51,617 bases of DNA from the NCBI GenBank assembly GCA_001872545.1, contig MNWN01000018.1, positions 1-51,617 of the forward strand, in the 5' to 3' direction. This document shows positions 45,872 through 51,617 of the stretch, piece after piece; positions within the stretch are counted from its first letter, which is position 1, and every line of letters begins with the position of its first letter. This stretch comes from Parcubacteria group bacterium CG1_02_58_44 (GTDB lineage Bacteria > Patescibacteriota > Patescibacteriia > SG8-24). The notes below the pieces were generated by a model. That model was not told the DNA's origin and did not search any database. It saw only the letters and a list, made by a program, of their open reading frames with translations. The translations under genes were made by a program, and so were the position numbers.

Positions 45872-47077
45872 ATGAACCTATTTCTGTTCGTCGCCGGTAC
45901 CCTTCTGCTGACGTTGCTTTTCGGGAAGGCACTGGAGAGGTTTCGCGTGCCGTGGATATTTGCTGCGCTGCTGATCGGCGCGGGCATCGCCGTTTTCGGA
46001 CATCCGTTCGACGGCATCATCTCGTCCGAAACCTTCCGGTCGTTCGCGGAGATAGGCATGTACCTGCTGCTGTTTCTGGTCGGTCTTGAGCTCGACCTGG
46101 ACAAGTTGCGTCAGCGCGGGAAGTTCATAGTCACGTCGGCCCTGATAATAATTCCGGCGGAGGCGGTCTTCGGTACGCTGCTGATCCATTTCATTTTCGG
46201 TACGTCCTGGCTGATCGCCGCGGTCGTCGCCCTGTCGTTCGCGACCGTCGGCGAGGCGATTCTCATCCCCATTCTCCAGGAGTTCGGCATCGTCAACACC
46301 ACTTTAGGACAGTCGATTCTCGGCATCGGTACGGTCGATGACGTCATCGAGCTGCTGATGCTGCTGGCCGTGATCTTTCTCATCGGCCGGCACGATCCGT
46401 GGGCGTTCGGGACGGTCTTTGTCTTTTTGGCCTTTCTGGTCGTCCTGACCGCCGGCCTGCGCTGGCTGAAGTCGACCGTAAAGAAGTTCAGGTTCGGCGG
46501 CACCGAGACGCTGCTTGTCTTCGTCCTGGCCATCTTCTTCCTCTTCGTCGGCATTGGGTCGTATGCGAGCGCCGGTCCGATCGCGGCGATATTGGCTGGC
46601 ATCATCCTGCGGCTGTTCGTGCCAGCCGAACGGATGGCACTGCTCGAATCCGAGATCAAGGGGCTGACCTACGGACTGTTCGTGCCGATCTTTTTCCTCT
46701 CCGTTGGGGCCGAACTTGATTTCGGATATCTGATCGTCCATCCGTTCGTCGTGCTGCTGATCGTGGCCGTCTCCAACTGCGTCAAGATTCTTGCGAGTTA
46801 TGCAGTCGGTCGTAAGCAGCTCGGAACCAAAGGCTCCATCCTGCTCGGTATCGGCCTTTCCGTGCGGTTCAGCACCAGCATCGTGATCATGACTCTCTTG
46901 TTTAGTAATGGACTGATCGGCCCCGAGCTGTTTTCGGCCGTCATCGCCTCCAGCATCGTCTTCAAGTTCGTGATACCGGTTTTGTTTTCGCGGCTGCTGG
47001 TCCGGTGGGGGTTCGCGCAGGCCAAGCCGGGTGTTGGGTCCAAGGCTTCGGGCATCAGCTCAGAGCTAGCCGGATAA
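45872..47077 (+). CDS. Cation:proton antiporter (CPA2-like)
   Basis: About 12 TM segments; IG..LLLFLVGLELD, IGTVDDV and FVPIFFLSVG motifs. Confidence 0.88.
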   Translation: MNLFLFVAGTLLLTLLFGKALERFRVPWIFAALLIGAGIAVFGHPFDGIISSETFRSFAEIGMYLLLFLVGLELDLDKLRQRGKFIVTSALIIIPAEAVFGTLLIHFIFGTSWLIAAVVALSFATVGEAILIPILQEFGIVNTTLGQSILGIGTVDDVIELLMLLAVIFLIGRHDPWAFGTVFVFLAFLVVLTAGLRWLKSTVKKFRFGGTETLLVFVLAIFFLFVGIGSYASAGPIAAILAGIILRLFVPAERMALLESEIKGLTYGLFVPIFFLSVGAELDFGYLIVHPFVVLLIVAVSNCVKILASYAVGRKQLGTKGSILLGIGLSVRFSTSIVIMTLLFSNGLIGPELFSAVIASSIVFKFVIPVLFSRLLVRWGFAQAKPGVGSKASGISSELAG

Positions 47078-47182
47078 GGACTAAATTGGCCGTCGTGACA
47101 GGACAGCCATTTTTTACTCCAGATCTACCTTGAGGGGCTGCCCATTGCCAGAACGCCCCGAATCTGGTACCTTCTTCGCCAT

Positions 47183-48658
47183 ATGCCGAACGACAACGTG
47201 GTCCTTCGCTTCGACGGCGTGACCTATAAGTATGGAGAGAGCAAGACGATCCTCGATGAGGTCGACCTTTCGGTACGCAACGGCTCGAAGTTTGCGCTCA
47301 TGGGACAGAACGGCGCCGGCAAAACTACACTCTTCAGCCTGATTCTCGGCGAGCTCAAGCCTAAAGAAGGGAAGATTTTCCTGACGCCCGAGGATGCGAC
47401 TGTCGGCATCGCCAAGCAGGTGATACCGCAGGAGTGCATGGACCTTAGCGTCCGCGAATGGTTCGCCGGGACGTTCGCCGAAGTGCCTTACAACCTGGAC
47501 AAACAGATCGCCGACGTTCTTGAGGCGGTGAATTTCAGGACCGATCTCGACAAGAAACTGAGTGAGCATTCCGGCGGACAGCAGGCGCGTCTGCTGCTCT
47601 CATACGCTCTCATACAGAGTCCTGACATCCTGCTTCTCGACGAGCCGACCAATAACCTGGATCAGGAGGGCATCGAACATCTGACAGGTTTCCTGATGAT
47701 GTACGAGAAGACGGCTATCGTGATTTCGCATGACGCCGAGTTCCTGAATGCTTTCACTGACGGCGTGCTCTATCTTGATGTGTTCAATCATAAGATCGAA
47801 CAGTATCGCGGCAACTACCTGAACGTGGTCGAAGAGATCGAGGGGCGTATCGAGCGCGAACGCATGCTTAACGCGCGCGCCGAGGCCGAGATCAAGCGCA
47901 AGATGGCACAATCCGGCAAGTTCGCGCATAAGGGCGGCAAGCTGCGCAGCGTGGCCAAGACCATGCGGGAGCGCGCGGACGAGATGCGCGAGTCTATGGT
48001 CGAGGTTCGGCGCGAGGACAAGACCATCCGCGAGTTCGAGATACCGTCACAGGAGTTTGATTTCGAGTTTAACGGGAAGATCTTGGAGTTGAGCAGGATT
48101 GGCGCGATCAGGGATGGTCAGTATGTGACCAAAGAAGTCGACGTAGTGCTGCGTCGCGGCTCGCATGTCCTTTTGGCTGGACCGAACGGCATCGGCAAGA
48201 GCACACTGCTCCGGCGGATTTTCAACCGGACGGCGGAGGGCGCGGTTCTCGGCCGCGACGTACGTATGGGCTACTACTCTCAGGATTTTTCGACACTCAA
48301 CTTCGGCCGCACGGCCTATGACACGCTGCTCGAAGTCATGAGGGAGCAGGACGAGCAGGTGCTGCGTTCGACTGCTGCGGGATTCCTGCTGGACGGCAAG
48401 GCGCTGGCGAGCGAGGTTGGTGGGCTGTCCGAGGGACAGAAGGGACTGCTGTCGATCGCCCGTCTGGTGCTGATGGAGCCGGGTCTGCTGATACTCGACG
48501 AGCCGACCAATCACATCAACTTCCGCCACCTTCCCGTTTTGGCTCAGGCGTTCAACTCCTTTAAGGGGGCGATGATCATGGTCAGCCATATTCCTGATTT
48601 CGTAAGCCAGATTCGTATCGACGAGATTGTCGATCTAGGCAAGGGGTCTTCAAACTGA
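47183..48658 (+). CDS. ABC-F family ATPase
   Basis: Two ABC cassettes (GQNGAGKTT..SGGQ..LDEPTNNLD; GPNGIGKST..LSEGQ..LDEPTNH) and no TM segments. Confidence 0.9.
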   Translation: MPNDNVVLRFDGVTYKYGESKTILDEVDLSVRNGSKFALMGQNGAGKTTLFSLILGELKPKEGKIFLTPEDATVGIAKQVIPQECMDLSVREWFAGTFAEVPYNLDKQIADVLEAVNFRTDLDKKLSEHSGGQQARLLLSYALIQSPDILLLDEPTNNLDQEGIEHLTGFLMMYEKTAIVISHDAEFLNAFTDGVLYLDVFNHKIEQYRGNYLNVVEEIEGRIERERMLNARAEAEIKRKMAQSGKFAHKGGKLRSVAKTMRERADEMRESMVEVRREDKTIREFEIPSQEFDFEFNGKILELSRIGAIRDGQYVTKEVDVVLRRGSHVLLAGPNGIGKSTLLRRIFNRTAEGAVLGRDVRMGYYSQDFSTLNFGRTAYDTLLEVMREQDEQVLRSTAAGFLLDGKALASEVGGLSEGQKGLLSIARLVLMEPGLLILDEPTNHINFRHLPVLAQAFNSFKGAMIMVSHIPDFVSQIRIDEIVDLGKGSSN

Positions 48659-48804
48659 CGTGACGTAAGGATCAGAAGGCCGTGTCCCACGCGGCCTTTT
48701 TTATGTTGATGATGTCTTTGGATTTCTCAAAATCCGCCGCATTTGCTAGTATCGTATTAGTAATGTCGGGCCAAGTATCGTTTGATCGTAACCACAGAAG
48801 GAGT

Positions 48805-49488
48805 ATGGAAGGAAATCGGTTCGGAGGGGAGGGGTCTTTTTCACCTGAAAGCAGAGAAAGCGAAGCTACCGTTTTTCTTACACCTGAACAGATCCAGTAT
48901 TTCAAACATCTCTCGGATGAGGTCTACGTCCAGCCGTCGGAGAAACTCATCGATGCCGATTTTAATAAACTGAATCCGGAACAGCAGAAGGGGATTGAGG
49001 GTCTTGAAGAGGAGTGTAGAAATGCGCAGTTGGTGGTGCGTGGTAGCGCAGCCAAGAGTCGGCTGCAACTTTTGGGACAGGCAGTGCAACGAGCGGCGGA
49101 GTTTCTTGATTTGGATACCAAAGAAAAGATTATGTCCGCGGCGCTCGAGGTTATTCCTTACGTCGGTTTGGCTTACGCCTTTTTTGGCAAGCGGGTCGTA
49201 ATCGAGAAGGATTCGGAGACTGGACGACATGGAGTTAGCTTTGAGGATCTGTCTATGTTGGACCGGGTGATCTACCTGGCCGGAGAGGTGGTGGTCAGCG
49301 GGCATGCGTTGAGAGGCTTAATCAACTCCATCAAACGTGAAGGCTGGAGGAAGGTCGCGGTTCCGTTCGCCAAGAAGGTCGCGCAGGACGGCGGTCAGTT
49401 GCTAGTCAGGCGGGTCAAGCAGGGTGTGGAGCGTGAGTTAGGGGCTCTTCCTGGCAAGGGGGAGACTAGCGGACAAGATGAAGAATAA
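48805..49488 (+). CDS. Hypothetical protein
   Basis: AGAAGGAG ribosome-binding site before ATG 48805. Confidence 0.65.
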   Translation: MEGNRFGGEGSFSPESRESEATVFLTPEQIQYFKHLSDEVYVQPSEKLIDADFNKLNPEQQKGIEGLEEECRNAQLVVRGSAAKSRLQLLGQAVQRAAEFLDLDTKEKIMSAALEVIPYVGLAYAFFGKRVVIEKDSETGRHGVSFEDLSMLDRVIYLAGEVVVSGHALRGLINSIKREGWRKVAVPFAKKVAQDGGQLLVRRVKQGVERELGALPGKGETSGQDEE

Positions 49489-49499
49489 TCTTTGGACCT

Positions 49500-49742
49500 A
49501 TGGTAGATATTGAAAAATTGGTAGCGCTTCTCAACAGCGCTGACCTACCAGAAGGCGAACGTGAAGCCTGGATCAAGTTAGTTCCACTTCTTCCGGTTGA
49601 TCAGATCGAGGAATTAATGAAGACGCTAGAGACCGAGCAGTCCCAGCTGACTGCCCTACGGCAGGACTATCTGGCCAGAGCCCAGGCCGTCATCGACGAC
49701 ATTCCTGATGGAATAACGAATCATCTGACGAACACACCATGA
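49500..49742 (+). CDS. Small helical hypothetical protein
   Basis: 80-aa ORF; stop overlaps the next start (ATGA). Confidence 0.6.
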   Translation: MVDIEKLVALLNSADLPEGEREAWIKLVPLLPVDQIEELMKTLETEQSQLTALRQDYLARAQAVIDDIPDGITNHLTNTP

Positions 49743-50452
49743 CTACCCTATTCACTAGTCTGACCGAGGCCGACAAGAGGGGAGCGGTCGAGCGTCTGAT
49801 CGCCGATAGTACTCCACGCGACGATTTTTTCCTGATGATCACCCTGTCCGTGATTATGGCGACCTTCGGGCTGTTGGTCGGTAGCGCCAGCATCATCATC
49901 GGCAGCATGCTGATCGCGCCGCTGCTGTCGCCCATACTCGGCTTTTCCATGGGCATCGTCATGGCCGACCGTCCGCTTATTTCGCGTTCCTTCTTCACTG
50001 TTTTGAAGTCGATGGCCTTCGCCCTGCCGTGCTCGGTCGTGGTGACCCTGTTTTTTTCGCGCATCGCCGGACTGGATTCCGGTCTCAATCCGGAAATCAT
50101 CTCTAGATTGAGTCCTGACGTGATCTCCGCCTTCGTTGCCTTGGTGGCCGGTCTGGCCGCATCCTATGCGCTCATCAGGCCGCAGTTGAGCGCCAGTCTG
50201 CCGGGTGTCGTCGTTTCGGTGGCGCTAATCCCGCCGCTCGCGGTCACCGGGATCGGTATCGCGCGACTTGAGTGGGCTATTATCGCCGACTCGTTCGTGT
50301 TGTTTCTGCTGAACGTCGGCCTGATCGTGTTCGCCAGTTCGGTCGTTTTTTCCTTGACTCACCTCTATACCAAGCAGTCGATCGCCGAAATGGCCATCAA
50401 GAAGGAAAATGAGCAGCTCCGGAAGGAAGTCGAGAAGGCAAAGAGGAGATAA
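49739..50452 (+). CDS. TIGR00341/DUF389 family membrane protein
   Basis: ATFGLL..S..IIIGSMLIAPLLSPI, EI.SR..P and LPGVVVSVALIPPL motifs. Confidence 0.9.
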   Translation: MTTLFTSLTEADKRGAVERLIADSTPRDDFFLMITLSVIMATFGLLVGSASIIIGSMLIAPLLSPILGFSMGIVMADRPLISRSFFTVLKSMAFALPCSVVVTLFFSRIAGLDSGLNPEIISRLSPDVISAFVALVAGLAASYALIRPQLSASLPGVVVSVALIPPLAVTGIGIARLEWAIIADSFVLFLLNVGLIVFASSVVFSLTHLYTKQSIAEMAIKKENEQLRKEVEKAKRR

Positions 50453-50460
50453 TGCCGTGT

Positions 50461-50533
50461 CCCCGACGTGCGGATAGCGGTGGGTTGAATGAGTAAAGTC
50501 GGGAACCCCGAACTCTAGTCCGGGGAGGATGTC
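50461..50533 (+). mobile_element. Orphan IS605/IS1341-like right-end (omegaRNA-like) remnant
   Basis: GGGAACCCCGAACTCTAGTCCGGGGAGGATGTC preceded by a CCCGAC...GTCGGG stem; no tnpB nearby. Confidence 0.5.
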
Positions 50534-50656
50534 TTTTTTTTGTCGATAGACCACGAAATTGTCTTTGATGCGGGTGGTCATTTGAGGTAAGCTGATCTCG
50601 TCAGACGGCCGTTCGGCCGTTCCCATATCGAGGAATTATTTCTTAATCATCAGAAT

Positions 50657-51373
50657 ATGAATGAAGGCGGAAAGACAGCTCGTTTGGTTATTGAACTGGC
50701 CGTCGCAGTGGCCATCACCGTTGGAATGGCGGTACTGATCGGCCTGTCGGTCAGGCAGTATCAGAAATTGGCGCAGGTAGCGGTGACGGTTGACGGTCTG
50801 AATCTGGACGACGTCAAGGTCATGGATTCAGAAATCTCTGACGTTCAAACTAGTGGCGAAACTGCGACTGAGTTTATGGTCCACTGTTTTTCTGGCAGTG
50901 ACCTGCCGACTAGGTTTGCTGAGGTAGAGAGGCTGATTGTTGCGGAAGGATGGGCGCCGTTGACGGGGGAAAATTCCGAGGTCTGTACAAGATTTCGAGA
51001 CGACAAAAATTTTATCGTTAAAACCAATAATTTTCCGTCACCCTTGTCCGACCAGAGGTTTAGCGGTCAGTTTGAGTCGATATTGCTGGTCGATATTTCG
51101 AAGGGTGATGTGCGGGAAGTGGTACGTGAAGAATGGAACGAGCTATACGGAAGGTCCGCCTTGGGCAACATCGTAGGTTGGTCACCCCTGTCGGTCTCCT
51201 ATGAAAAATGGGAATTCACCGGGGAGGGGATTGATTTGTGCTCCGACAGCATGGCTGGAGCTCCGGTCTATTCGGTTGAATCAACTGATTTGGTCGGTGG
51301 CTTTATCGAAACAGAAAAAACATGTCGGCAGGTCGATTGCGATTCTGATGTCTTTAGCTGTTCGAGGGAATAG
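50657..51373 (+). CDS. Membrane-anchored hypothetical protein
   Basis: N-terminal TM; six Cys. Confidence 0.65.
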   Translation: MNEGGKTARLVIELAVAVAITVGMAVLIGLSVRQYQKLAQVAVTVDGLNLDDVKVMDSEISDVQTSGETATEFMVHCFSGSDLPTRFAEVERLIVAEGWAPLTGENSEVCTRFRDDKNFIVKTNNFPSPLSDQRFSGQFESILLVDISKGDVREVVREEWNELYGRSALGNIVGWSPLSVSYEKWEFTGEGIDLCSDSMAGAPVYSVESTDLVGGFIETEKTCRQVDCDSDVFSCSRE

Positions 51374-51460
51374 TCATTCTTGTCACGACAGATTACAAGG
51401 GTAATTGTTGAGTTAGCCACCTGCGCGGTGGCTTTTTTTGTTTTCGTGCAGCGATAAAAC

Positions 51461-51617
51461 GGGCATGCTGTCGGTACAATTTTCTCTCCGGAAAAAAGTA
51501 TGCCCAAGCCAGCATGCCCGTCTTGTTCATATACCCGATTTTGGAACGTTCGTCGAGGCCGAAGAAAGTGTGCGCGATGTCGTCGAGAATGGACGCCGGG
51601 GGTTCATGTTGCCGCAG
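51461..51617 (+). mobile_element. IS1595-like element, left end, truncated by window edge
   Basis: Putative terminal GGGCATGCTGTCGG 39 bp before a zinc-ribbon ORF; end position uncertain. Confidence 0.55.
51500..51617 (+). CDS. IS1595-family transposase N-terminal zinc ribbon, partial
   Basis: Manual translation: MPKPACPSCSYTRFWNVRRGRRKCARCRREWTPGVHVAA (CxxC...RRxRRKCxxC). Confidence 0.65.
   Translation, partial: MPKPACPSCSYTRFWNVRRGRRKCARCRREWTPGVHVAA

Overview
A 51.6 kb high-GC bacterial chromosome segment. Its gene content (tandem exported surface proteins with lineage-typical repeat domains, a stand-alone VirD4/HerA-like ATPase near dnaX, few metabolic genes) points to Patescibacteria/CPR, probably ABY1 (Uhrbacteria-like); this is inference, not a search result. 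Both edges fall inside insertion sequences: an IS5-family transposase at 1-183 and an IS1595-like one at 51500-end. The left two thirds is housekeeping-like: surface proteins, SOD, M23 peptidase, MFS-spermidine synthase fusion, TrmH, RimK, a Zur/ZnuABC operon ending in an ATP-cone/Mrr nuclease, a CCA-adding enzyme, a class II ribonucleotide reductase with a 364-aa LAGLIDADG intein and NrdR boxes, cobO, the ATPase, dnaX and tRNA-Gln(CTG). An accessory region starts right after the tRNA. There, four unrelated gene blocks are each closed by the same ~55-bp element, shaped like a displaced tRNA-Gln 3' end plus terminator. This suggests a tRNA-anchored, integron-like cassette array with no integrase in the window and is the top candidate for a novel system. 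Other notable non-coding features are an IS5-matched MITE, GTC-tagged REP-like palindromes, orphan IS200/IS605-like right ends, and a possibly switchable structured 5' leader on a small zinc-ribbon gene.
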